NCBI GenBank assembly: GCA_051362555.1
Contig: CM120640.1
Span: 36,537,967 to 36,601,966, forward strand
Source of the DNA: Lingula anatina
Lineage: Eukaryota; Animalia; Brachiopoda
Direction of reading: 5' to 3'
DNA length: 64,000 bases
Shown here piece after piece: positions 27,261-39,370 of this stretch (the first letter of the stretch is position 1; each line of letters opens with the position of its first letter). The position numbers and the translations under genes are program-made. The notes beneath the pieces were generated by a model. That model searched no databases, had not been told where the DNA came from, and worked only from the letters and a program-made list of their open reading frames with translations.

Positions 27261-27959
27261 ATATATGGTTACAGATTTTCAAAATAACGCTGTAGCGGAC
27301 TTCAATTTTGAAACTTTTTCCGAACAGTGGCTGAACTTGAAGGGAGAAGTTCAGTAAAAATCGAAATATTGGAATTCCTTAAAGGCACATGACTAATGTA
27401 TATGTATAAATTCGTATAGCACTTTATGTCCTAAAATCATGTGAAGGCAGATATACGAGGATGGACAAGTTCGGTAACCCCCCCCCCCCCCCAAAGACTT
27501 AATTAGGCCCTTGAACACCATCTATTCATCTACAAATTAACCTTAAAATTAAGTCTCCTAAAGACGTCAAACGCAATACGCATTCGTTCTCAATGTATAC
27601 GTCCATATGAAGACAACAGAAAAGTGAAAAATGAAGTAAAAGATATATAAATGTTTTGCAAATTTCTTTTTAAGAGAACAGTTTTGCCGTGTTTCCAGTA
27701 AAACATTTGACTGTGCCCTGTCACTATATCGTCTAGTTAATTATCCATGTAACTGAATTGAAGATTTTATTAATGGCTAAAATAAAACGAAAAAGTTTAA
27801 AAATAACTAAAAATGATGACTTGCCCCAAAAGACTAACCAAGGTTTCTTCAATTTTCAAAAAACCCAACGACACCACAAAAATAGACGCAAGCTATTTAT
27901 TGAGCTATATTAAATAATACTTTATAATAAATAATAAAAATTGGTCCACTCTGATTTTA

Positions 27960-28200
27960 ATTATGTTATTGTTTCCAAGCAATTGATTTGTTTGGTTCAC
28001 TTTGAATTCAATTTATTGATTTGTTTATTAAAGTTTGATTTAAGTAAAGTCACTGAATTCAAGTAATTGATTTTTTGTAGTGGTCATCTTTGATTTAACT
28101 TATTGGTTTGTGCAGTATAGTTTGATTTAAGAAATGTCACTTTGAATTCACGTTATTAATTTGTTTTGGTCAAGTGTGACTTAAATTATGTTGTTTTTTA
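27960..28200. repeat. Degenerate tandem repeat
   Basis: Recurring cactttgaattca / tttgatttaa / tattgatttgttt words. Confidence 0.5.
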
Positions 28201-29289
28201 TCTAGCCAAATGACCACAAGCACAACGAAGCTCTGTTTTTGCTCAAAGGTAAATAAGATAAAGTCCATTTGACTGAAAATTGTCATTTATTAATGATGAA
28301 AAATAATAAGACACAAAGTTACAAACTTGGGGGGGGGGGATAACCATACATTTCCCATACTATATAACTGCCATAACATGAAAATAATAAAGTAGGTTAA
28401 TGAGTGCAACCAAGATTAATTAAGAAAACGTGAAACCACAATAGCTATTGGAGCAGAAGTTGGCACAAATGTAATATCCAATCAACGTTCAAAAAATTGT
28501 CGACATGAAAAATTATTATATATTTTACCAACAAATGGACTCAAGTAGTATCTACATGCATTTTGAGTGCGAACGTTCGTGAACAGTTTCAGCTACAGCC
28601 TCTCACCTTTCACTATCTTCCTGTTATAATTTGCATAACAATAAGTTGCTCATCGTAATGCGAGCTGTCTTCAAGGGTAGTCACTTGACAGTGGGACACC
28701 GTTGGACGAAGACGCGTGGATATGTATGGTGCAGTGGCAAGGGCGAACTTTTGGCGTTATCCTAACTGAAGTTTTATCAGACGAAGAAGCAAAAACGTGT
28801 ATTGTAAGTATTGCCACTTTTTCAATAATACCCACCATTAACTACCACAGGTACTGAAGAATGAAAGAAAAGCTGCGCAAATTATTTGTTGCATGAGTCT
28901 TCGCTGTGTTTTGTCCAGTGTTATTTGGCCAGTCAGAATATTCGTCCATTATTTTACATTTTAGTCCTACGACTCATAAGTCACATCTATAAAACAACTT
29001 CATGTATTGTCATGTATTCATGACTGTCTCAATGTCGCACCTGTAGGATATACGTAATGAAATACACATTTACGATAAAGTATACCCGAGCTATTTCGGC
29101 AATTAAACTGCAGTCAAACTGCTGTACAATAGAATACCATACTATAGACTAGAACATAGTAAATTAGATTACTTAAACAGAAAATGAGGTGTCCGTATTA
29201 TGCATAGATCTTTCACTTATTACACCGTCCTCAGCACAGTTCTGTGCCTAATTCTTTCATTACGCCGAGAATCTGGTCATAAGTCACTC

Positions 29290-30130
29290 GTTCATCTCCT
29301 TAATTCTGAATAATTTAGAATTACTATTTTGTGGTATCGTAATTCAATCCATAAAACGTAGTTTTGCTTTCATTTATTCATTCATTTTAGTATCATGTGT
29401 AAAAAAACAGCCCTTCTGGCTTGTAAGACGCTTGATGAATATATAACCGTTTCTGTCTCAAAATCCAATTTTGCAAAACACCTAACAATTTTTCCCATTC
29501 TAAAGAAAAACTCTTTTGCTTCGTGTGTTTGGATACCCAACTTATCATAAAATCTACATCTTTCTTCTATGTAACCGATCCACCGAAGTAGAAAATTATT
29601 CCCATCATCTAGCTCCTTTTTACATATAAGACATATTCTTTCATTAATTGACGTGTTTGTGAGTCTTCCCGTTTATAGATAGATTTAAGATGGACTCTTT
29701 TTTACCAACTACGGACAAAATACATAATTCAAATAATAATGCAATGGCAAATTCCCATTCGAAATTGACCTTAAGTGATTTTCCCGTTTAAATCTGTACA
29801 TAAATATTTCCCTGTCTTCAGTTTTTTTCCCCTTAAATGTCACATGTTCTGAATTTTAAAAATTTAAAGATGTCCTTTTTCCATTTTTTTTAAAGTTTTT
29901 CATAAAGTTTTTGATGTTTTCAATATCAACAATGGATTCGTTCAAAAATGTTTTTCTGTATCACAAATCTGAAAATTTGTGTTACTTTTTTCCAATTCAA
30001 AATCTTCAAGAAAATTTTGTTTCACTTGAATTTCATTTTGATTGATTACCAAATTCTTCTAAACTGTAAGCATGTTTAGCCATTTGCCAAATATCATTGG
30101 GATCCAACCTGAATCACCATATAGACTAAA
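29290..30130 (-). mobile_element. Possible highly decayed C-terminal fragment of an L1/Tx1-like LINE
   Basis: Scattered minus-strand peptides (GWI, YSLEEF, SLEWEKI) typical of the post-RT region of Tx1-like ORF2; no intact ORF. Confidence 0.3.
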
Positions 30131-30927
30131 TTTTGTTGCAAAACGATGAATACCTATGTAATAGTTAAAGCTTTACATATGGCCTTTTCACAGTCCCCAA
30201 TCTCCTGACCCACACTCTAAAATTGGAGTTGCAAGCTGTTAAATAATATCTATTTTCCTATGATTAAACCAAGTGCATTTGATGCTTATCCTGAAAGAAG
30301 TTTTGTAGCGTACTGAAAATCTAAAAAAAATCTTCTAAATAAACCCAAGATATTCATATTTGTCAACCCATTCATTTGATGTCCTCCAAAATGTACCGTT
30401 TTAAATAATGTCGATAGTTAGATCCGAATTAACATCATTAGGCCTACTGTTGTTGCGTGAGAACCTCTAATAGTATTAGAAACGCGCGTATTGTCATTTT
30501 TCATATATTCTAGCTTATCTCCTTCATATCGGCTATATTTTATTTTAGATGCTTTGACAGTTTTTTGTAACTGAATTTTTGTGTATTTTATTATACTCTC
30601 GTAGTTTGTTTATATCGTGAGTGGCCCTTCTGTGTTTCAACGAATGTAAAATTTAAAATCACATAATGATAAAAGAATACATATGTACATATTATTGCTT
30701 ATCAATAGAAGTTTCTCTTATCATATGCACTCTTTATATTTCTACTGCGTGTTGTTATATTTGTTTGCATTAATTTACAAGTCTTGAATCACTCTGTCAC
30801 ACCTGGGGAATGGCTCAGTGAATGATAGAGCTGTTCAGTTACGTAAATTAGGTGTTTCAATTCAATCCATTTATTACTCTCGTTTACACAAAGATGACAT
30901 GTATAGGCTACATACATAAAAATATAA

Positions 30928-33423
30928 CAGCCATTCCACGAAAAAGGGTACAATTCTGAATAATACCTGTCGCAGCTTATTTTCGGTAGTAAAAGCATCT
31001 GCAATTTTGCTTTTTTTAGCCTTTTTTAGCAGGACCCGATGTGTTCTACTTAAAAAACAACAATTAATATAGTACCACTTGCTTTGACGGGAACCCCGGG
31101 GGTCTATATGCCGCAAAAAGCACGATTTCGACGTGTCGCTTCGGTATTATAGCTGATTTGCCACAAGAAAAAGTTGATATTTTCCCGTGTTTTAGTGTTT
31201 TTGGTCATCAACTAATTTGAATTCATGTTTCTTTTTATCATACATGGCGATCTCTGTCGAATTTGTTGGTTAGTTACGTCACCGTCATAGTTTAATCAAT
31301 GTCGCTCAGTAACCCCTAACCTCCGTAACGGTTTTTTTAAGTCAATGTAAGAATAAAAGAAAATGCTCTTAATGGCCTTCCTGTGCATTTTTCAAACTCA
31401 TAATACATGAAGTTTAATAAAACAGTGCTATTTGTTAATTGTGAATGATGCGTTCCATCATAGAGAATGTTAACTCACAAAAGTCGGGGTGTCGCATTTA
31501 AGAGCCTAACCTCAGTAACGGACCAAATTTGAAGAAAATGTTGCTTTAGAAAGTTAAAAACATCATTTTTCTTAAGCAAGGACCAACTTCTTCCTAAAAA
31601 ATTCATTCAATAGTTATGCAAAGTTATCCCGAGGATAAAAACTGAAAAAGAATGCGTGTCACCTTACGTCCGTTATGCTAACCTCCGTTACGAAATAAGT
31701 TAATTGTTATAAAAATGACTGTTAATATTTTAAAACGTTATTTCTGTGGTTTTGTGAGTTAATTCTGATCATATAAGTAGTTCTACTTCTATGTTCTGAT
31801 GTAGTATGCATTCATACTGCTTGCTGTTAAAGACATTACCCCGCATTAATATAGATATAAAATATACATATATAGCTGATAATTCTATCAAGAAAGGCTA
31901 ATGATTTAAGTTTTTACTCCAGTTTGCTATAAAATCGAGGGTAAATCGCGATTTGTTTTATCGAATTGATTTCCGTTTGTCACTTGACGATGCTTTTTTG
32001 AACTTATCATTCTGATTTTAAGCGAAATGAGTAGTTTTCAGGACTGTCTTGGCAAGAAAAATGGTACTAGCTGACATCAGTACTAACGTGCATGTAGCAG
32101 ACATTATTTTCGCGGGAGACACATGGCGAAATATATTAAGCATTGAAACAACAGTTACATTTATCAGGTAGAACTGCGGGATTATTAGGTCCTATTTTAC
32201 TATTTCAGTAGCACATAATTGTTTTTATCATCTTCTAGATGCTTCCAGTTACTTTAAATTGACAGTTACTGGCAAACACGTGTCTATTGTCCGCCTACTT
32301 GATTGTATGCATTAACTTTCTCGGGTATTTTGTTGTTTTTTATTGCCTATAACTGCGATCATGTGCATGTAGGTTTAATGTTTTGTTATACAGACACCAA
32401 TGTGCCACTTACAAATGCAGAGCGACAAAAACACTAGAGAGAAAGAAAAAAAATCTAATGACCGCGAAGCTTTTCTTGTGAAAGATTTTGAACGGTTTAA
32501 ATGTACATGTATGACATAATTTAGACTAGAGTTTTACCTTACCCCTGTTACTAAGATTATAAATTAAACTCTTACTCTGGTAAAATATGGAATGTGAATT
32601 CTACAGATGAATAGATCAACATATTAGCAGTGAAATGTATCCAGTAGTGGTAAATGTATTTATGTAGTCCTTGAAAGTAAGCAAAACAACTCGTTGTAAC
32701 CATTTGCCATTTAATGGTTTGAATAAACATGTTTTATCAATTTTTCTATGTTATTATGTAAATTTGTCGTATCTGTAATACTTTAAATTCCGAATTCATC
32801 TTCTAAAGTCTACCTTAAGCTAAAAATATCAAAACAAATATATGATCGCTGACCTATGTGAAATGACCTAACCTCCGTTACGAAATTACTCCTTTTTCAT
32901 TTGAACACTGGATATGTGTGTGCTCATTGATCAATGCTAATATCATAATAGATTGATAGCACTTTGTTCATAAACAAATAGTATGATAAAAAAGCAAGTC
33001 TGTCCCCAACGATTAATATAATATTTAAATTGGAATATCTCAGCCTTTGTATTTGTAGAAAACGAGCCACTTATTACCAATGTGTTTGCACCGTATTTTC
33101 TATAATTGAAGAGAAATCTTAAATGGGCAATAATATTTTGAATACATACAAATTCTTAATAATTGAATCAAATATGGAGCCTGTGACCTTTGGCATGATT
33201 GAAATATAACCTAATTTAGATGTTACCTAACCTCCGTAAAAAATACTGTACCATGTTTACACGTGCATATTTCTTTAAATACAGTAATGGTGTGGGTTAA
33301 AATTCTTCTACTACTCTCTGAATACCTCTTCATCAAAATAATATAAAAAGTTTTCCAGTTTTGCAAAGTTCATATCGCTGCATTTCTTGTTTTGGAATTG
33401 TACCCCTTTTCGTGGAATGGCTG
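30928..33423. mobile_element. Non-autonomous TIR DNA transposon (2,496 bp), superfamily uncertain (Sola-like?)
   Basis: 29-bp TIRs cagccattccacgaaaa(a/g)gggtacaattc with one mismatch; ATAA on both flanks (4-bp TSD); five internal (c/g)ctaacctc(c/a)gt(a/t)a copies; relic PLTNAERQKH*RERKK near 32400. Confidence 0.88.
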
Positions 33424-34790
33424 ATAAGTACATTTAAGTGCAATCGCATCTAACCAGGTATAGTAACTCTTATTAATAATCTTGATACATTTGCACAGAT
33501 ATTTTATAACTTCAATATTTCTAGATGAATCAGATTTGCTTGGGTTGCACGTTTATATAAATATCTAAAACTTTAGTGAAAAGCCTCCACATATTAAAAC
33601 TACTGCTCTTGAAGTATTTTATTTCCAGTTTGCTTACAATCCAGGAAAATTGAGATGACCTTGTATAAAAGGTCGCCCTTTTCATTTAGACAAAAACGAC
33701 ACATTTTACGTTTTCACATTTTAAATTTCTAATTTATGTTCTTCGCACATCGTCTAAACATTTTTACGCCATCTTCTAGAATTAATAAAATCTAAACCCA
33801 TTTTGGTTTTCACATCTTTCATTTCATTTTTAATATTTTAATATAAAAAATGACTGGAGTACAAATTATTGAAAGGAAGAAGAACACTTCATACATTTCT
33901 GTTTTTAATATCTGTCCATTTGTTACGTAAACTTTTAAATTAGTCCCGTTAACAGCGCCCTTTAGAGTGCATCCACCTTCCATCTGGAGCAACAAATACC
34001 ATGACTTTGAGAAACAAAAAGTCTTGGTTACCATTCTCTATCTCTCAGCCTTACTCACATGGATTAGGGTTCAGCGATGGGCAACTGTTTTTGTTAACCG
34101 GTTGGGATTTGTCACATTTTAAAATGAACTTTCTTATGTTGTCTACCAAGTTTGGTCAAACATTTTTTTCAATTCAGCAAGTTTCTTATTTCCACCTAGG
34201 TGGCCACCTAAAATGTAAACAAATGTATCTCACGTTGTCATGGGTGCGTTTTGTTGTTACTTTTTTCCTTCATAAGACTGTGGCTGGTTATGAAAAATCT
34301 ATGACTCCTAGAATCTGTTAGTTTTGGGTTTGTTTCTGCTTTGAAATTTAAAACGTACAGGAGGAAACTTTTAGGTGGCCACTGGTGATAATGATAACAT
34401 AATAAGTTAATTAGAAACCAAAAGGTTGAAGTTGTACATATAAATGAGTTCGAATATAAAATAACAGTAAGATATTTACATAAAATAAATGACAGAATAA
34501 AGACTAAATGGAGTTCCAAATAACATACAGACCTCTAAAAGTTGGTTAAAGAAAACGGGATACAATGCGTTTCGAGAATGTTCAGTTTTGAATTTTGGTA
34601 CATTGAAGGTAAATTGATTGTCTTAGCTATCTGTATAATCTGGAGGTTAAGAGGTAATTTATCGTTTTTTTTCGGAGAAAGATTTTCAAAGTTCTGTGCG
34701 TCGCTTTTCTAAAGTGAAAAAGTTTGCCTTTACCAGGGCATCAACATAAGATAAACCAGGAAATAAAATTGAGTGCCCTCGACTAAATGG

Positions 34791-34868
34791 ATTATATTAT
34801 ATTATATTATATTATATTATATTATATTATATTATATTATATTATATTATATTATATTATATTATATT
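34791..34868. repeat. (ATTAT)n microsatellite
   Basis: Perfect pentanucleotide run. Confidence 0.95.
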
Positions 34869-36798
34869 GCACAGCTCACTGGTTAACCCGGGGTGCCACT
34901 AAGAACAAGCATTTTCAACAACAGAGCTAGTTGAACTTTGATACCCCTGTATAAGATCTGATGGAGGCAGTTTGGCATGTTTAAATTGACGCAAGTAATG
35001 CATGTTTTCTTTTTTGTGTATTCAACAAGTTTAGATCATTTAAAGTTTCATGTGATGAAAACCGAAGTGTGCTCGAAATCGCGTTGTTCTTATTCTGAGC
35101 AGATTATAAGGTGGCTTAAAATGTTTTATGTTAAAATATAAACATGACCACAGAGAACACTGACTATTTTAGATAATGGTGCTTCTTGCACTTTGACTTT
35201 CTGATCCAAGGATTAGTGAGCCCCATCAATGTGTAGGCCAGATCAATTTTATGATCAAACTTTCTCAACTATAAATGGTCAAATGTCTCTTTTGATTACA
35301 TATAGGGCAAATTTTATGCGTCTTATAGGTTTCATTATTTTTTCATTAGTTTTGGATAATTTTTTGTGCATTTAAGCGATTTAAGGTCATACACTGTTGC
35401 TTAAATGGTTGTCACACTTAATAATTTTATGGATTTGGTTACAAATGTCAACTTTTCTTTAGTGTACAGTCCATGCAGAGTTGGATCGATCTACATAGAC
35501 CGATAATTTCATTGGGAATAAGTCCATAGATTTTATATTTGTTTCAGGTGAGACTTGGACCTGAGGCGCAAGCTGTTGTCGGCTTAGCATGAAGATCATC
35601 TTGTAAGATAGGTATGCCTCGTACATAACAACACGCATGCACATAAACACAGGCACGTATCAATTGCTCACTAAACAATGAATAATAGATAATTGATTCA
35701 CACGGTAACTGACTACCATCTCCAGCACATTGTGTGTTGTTCATACCAGTACGTTACAAGGCCAATTACATTGAATTCATTTGTTAAATTTTATATGAAA
35801 AAAAAAACAACTCAATTGAATTGCATCCAATTTGTGTATGATATATTCTACAAAGAACTTTTAAAAGGATATTTTTGTAGGGCATTGGAATTGACCTGGC
35901 TTACTCTTCTCTTCTTTGAAATAAGCCAGACTGAATTGCAGTTAAGCCGTGTCCCCAAAAATAAGCAAAAAATTTCAAAATAGTTTTTCACAAATTCTGG
36001 TGAAATTTTCATGATAGACTGCTATTCAGGATAAGAAATGATTACAGTATTTACAAGAATTCATATTTTGAATGTAATTGTTTTCATTATTATCATTACC
36101 ATTATTATTACTGTTGTTGTTGCTGTTGTCTACACTTTGCCTTGGCGGAGGGCTGAGTTCTCAGATTTCTCTCTAATTTTATCATTTGTTATCTTAAATG
36201 GTAATTTTGACGTTAGGCAAACTCCATTCCAGTCATGATATGAAAGCAAACATTATTTCAATCATTTATATCTACGTCTCTTTGGTAAAAGATGCATAAA
36301 TCCCGTTTTAAGTGCTTGTATGTTTAGTCATAAATTAAACATTTTGTTCTTATTCCAGAAGCCCACCGAGATACAGCCCAACACAAGACCGCAGGCAGCC
36401 TAGGATAGTGTTGTGGAACTCTACACCCCTTTCTGGATTTATTATATTAAAACTGGATGAAGATATTTTCTGTGGTTTTTCACTTTGATATGAAGTTATT
36501 ATGATAATGATATTGATTTAGATAAAGGGAAAGAATTGTTTATATAAATATGATAACTCTATCGCTTTAAAATCTGCAAGCATTACCTTTGCGATTGGCG
36601 ATGGTACCTGAAGATCTTTTTAAAAATATTTAAAGAATTTGAATGGTTTGAAACCTTTGTAAACATTTTCAGTGTTTTGTTAACCATAGTATTTGAAAAT
36701 TTAAGATGAAAAAATATATCTTAAAGATTTTCCACCAGGCCATATTTACAAATTGTAAATCTTGTAAATACAGTCTTTTGATATTTTGTTTCAAGACT

Positions 36799-37177
36799 AA
36801 TTATATACAGACACTGTAAGTGTCTGTATATATTCTGAACGGTCTGTTTGTCTGTGTCGTCTCTGTCGCCGTCGCTGTCACTGTTGCTGTCCGACACATG
36901 ACGTACGCCAAATAAGTGCCAAAACATATTTTTGTTTAACTTTAACTTTACTGAGTGGTTTTGTTTGTTAAAAATGTAGGTTGCTTTCGAAGATCGGCAT
37001 GACTGGTTTACATTTACGGTTATTATTCTGCTTTTTTTGCAAAAATTTGGTGAAGTTCGCCCCATAACTTCCAAAGCATGTTTTTGTTTTTAAATTAATT
37101 GGGTGGCTCTGTTTAGTATAGGGACAAATTGCTTTCAAAAATCGACATGATGGGTTTACATTTACCGTTATTATTCT

Positions 37178-37229
<52 letters not shown>

Positions 37230-37350
37230 AAAACTTCGGTGACATTTGCCCCATAACTGCCAAAACGTATTTCTGTCTTACTTTAAATTTACGGAGTGGC
37301 TTTGTTTGGTAAAGAGGCAGGTTGCTTTCGAAAAGCATGATGGGTTTAGT
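36799..37350 (+). mobile_element. Diverged HINE-like element (family 1 relative)
   Basis: Palindrome tatatacagacac..gtgtctgtatata, GTC-rich microsatellite, then 3 diverged core units (ttgctttcgaa..catgatgg at ~36980, 37128, 37321). Confidence 0.7.
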
Positions 37351-38814
37351 TTTTATGAAAATTTCATTTTTCGCGCATTTGCATTTTCAGTGGCTTTTAT
37401 ATCCTATGGAACTGAATCACTTGCTAGTTTTTTAATGCCCATATTACCTGTTCGTCATAATGTAAGAGGGTAAGAGTGATGATGCCGATTATGCAGTCTA
37501 TCAAAATTGGCAAAAACATTATTTTGTGCAGTTGTTTCTGCATTATGTCTGAATATTTGACAGCTTTGCTTCCTGTACGGTGTCTGTATATTTGTCAGCT
37601 TTGCTGTCCAGTTTTTATGTACAGCATGATAGTTTGGAACAAATTCTTTTGGCCTCCTGGACTTGATTTTTCTTCAGTTTCCTCAACATGGTTAAATTCC
37701 ATTTTGATGGTTTTTGCTATAACGACCCAAATCCCCCTATGAAATCTTTAATTTTAAATCAAAGCAAAAAATGAGAAGGTACAAAGATGCTGTCGCAAAC
37801 CACTCTCTGTCAAAGAATGAACCCTCCATAATCTGTTTTCGGATTGATCACTAGTTTCTTAACTTTTATTTTCGAAAAAAAAAATAGTTCAACCAAATAA
37901 GTTATTTTTGAATTAAACATCTTGTCCCTGACTTTAAAATCCACATAGTCCTAAACATGCAGTAAATAAAGTTACAATTTTAATCAAATCGTGGAGTAGC
38001 CAATTTGCAGACAACTTATTTATTTATTTATTTATTTTTTTGCCGTCAAAAGTTGACATCCAAATCTTGCTAACATTATCATTTTTGGGTTAATCGAACA
38101 TGCTTTAGTTTTTTTACCATGTATTTTTGTTTCTTGCACGTTTCCAATATTTTCTTTAGTCTGTGCAATTAAACAGTTTTCCTAACATCTAGCTTTCCGA
38201 AAATCCGGTCAGAATAAAAATTACAATAAGATTGGACAGTCCCCCCCCCCGCCCATCGCATTAATATTATTAATATGTAACAGTTACATTTCACAAAGAC
38301 ATTATCAAATTAAAAGTGCTTTTGAAAACTTAAAATACCTAATGCCCACCCCGGCCACAATTTCTGCAAAAATATTCTGCAAAATGATCTGGTTCAAACA
38401 AAATGTTGGAACACTAGGCCAAGTGTAGGACCAGCAGCTAATGTGACAGGCTGTTACTTTGTCATTTTCATAATTCACACATTTTACTACTTTTGTACAT
38501 GAACTTTACTGATGACTTTGTTTTGCGTTTATGTTCTTTTTGTTAAACATGTTCTGCAAATTTGATATGTGATATTTGTGCTTTCAAAATTTATCATTGT
38601 GACATTGTTTATTGTAAACTATGTATGTGTTTGAAAGATTTGAAAATAAACTAGTATATTAATTGCTTTGTTTTATTGAATGATATATAATACAAAATTA
38701 TGGTAACCTTTCACCTTAATAAAAAATGTTGCACACTTAAACCCTCTCAAACTGTCAATCCTCAAACATGGGAATCTTTCAAACTAAAGACTTGCCCACC
38801 TCTCTCCCCTTTTA

Positions 38815-39370
38815 TTTAAATTGGACTCATCCGACACCCCCAAAAATGGGCTCTTCCAACCTATCACCCCTCAAGTTGAATGGACTCCCCCAACCTGACA
38901 CCCCTCAAGTTGAATGGACTCCCCCAACCTGACACCCCTCAAATAAGAATGGGACTCATCCAACCTGACACCCCTCAAGTTGAATGGACTCATCCAACCT
39001 GACACCCCTCAAGTTGAATAGACTCTCCCAACCTTACACCCCTCAAGTCGAATGGACTCTCCCAACCTGACACCCCTCAAGTTGAATGGACTTGTCCAAC
39101 CTGTCACCCCTCAAGTCGAATGGACTCTCCCAACCTGACACCCCTCAAGTCGAATGGACTCTCCCAACCTGACACCCCTCAAGTTGAATGGACTCGTCCA
39201 ACCTGTCACCCCTCAAGTCGAATGGACTCTCCCAACCTGACACCCCTCAAATTAGAATGGACTCTCCCAACCTGACACCCCTCAAATTAGAATAGACTCT
39301 CCCAACCTGACACCCCTCAAATTAGAATAGACTCTCCCAACCTGACACCCCTCAAAATGGAATGGACTCC
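38815..39370. repeat. 34-bp minisatellite, ~16 copies
   Basis: Unit gttgaatggactc(c/t)cccaacctgacacccctcaa. Confidence 0.95.

Noticed and set aside
28600-28900. Possible decayed retroelement gag fragment (TRLRPTVSHCQ..DEQLI) on the minus strand
   Set aside because: Too degraded to support without a search
34200-34385. 14-bp inverted repeat gtggccacctaaaa suggesting a small MITE
   Set aside because: Termini and TSD could not be defined
38815-39370. CRISPR-like periodicity
   Set aside because: Head-to-tail repeats with no unique spacers, no cas genes, eukaryotic context
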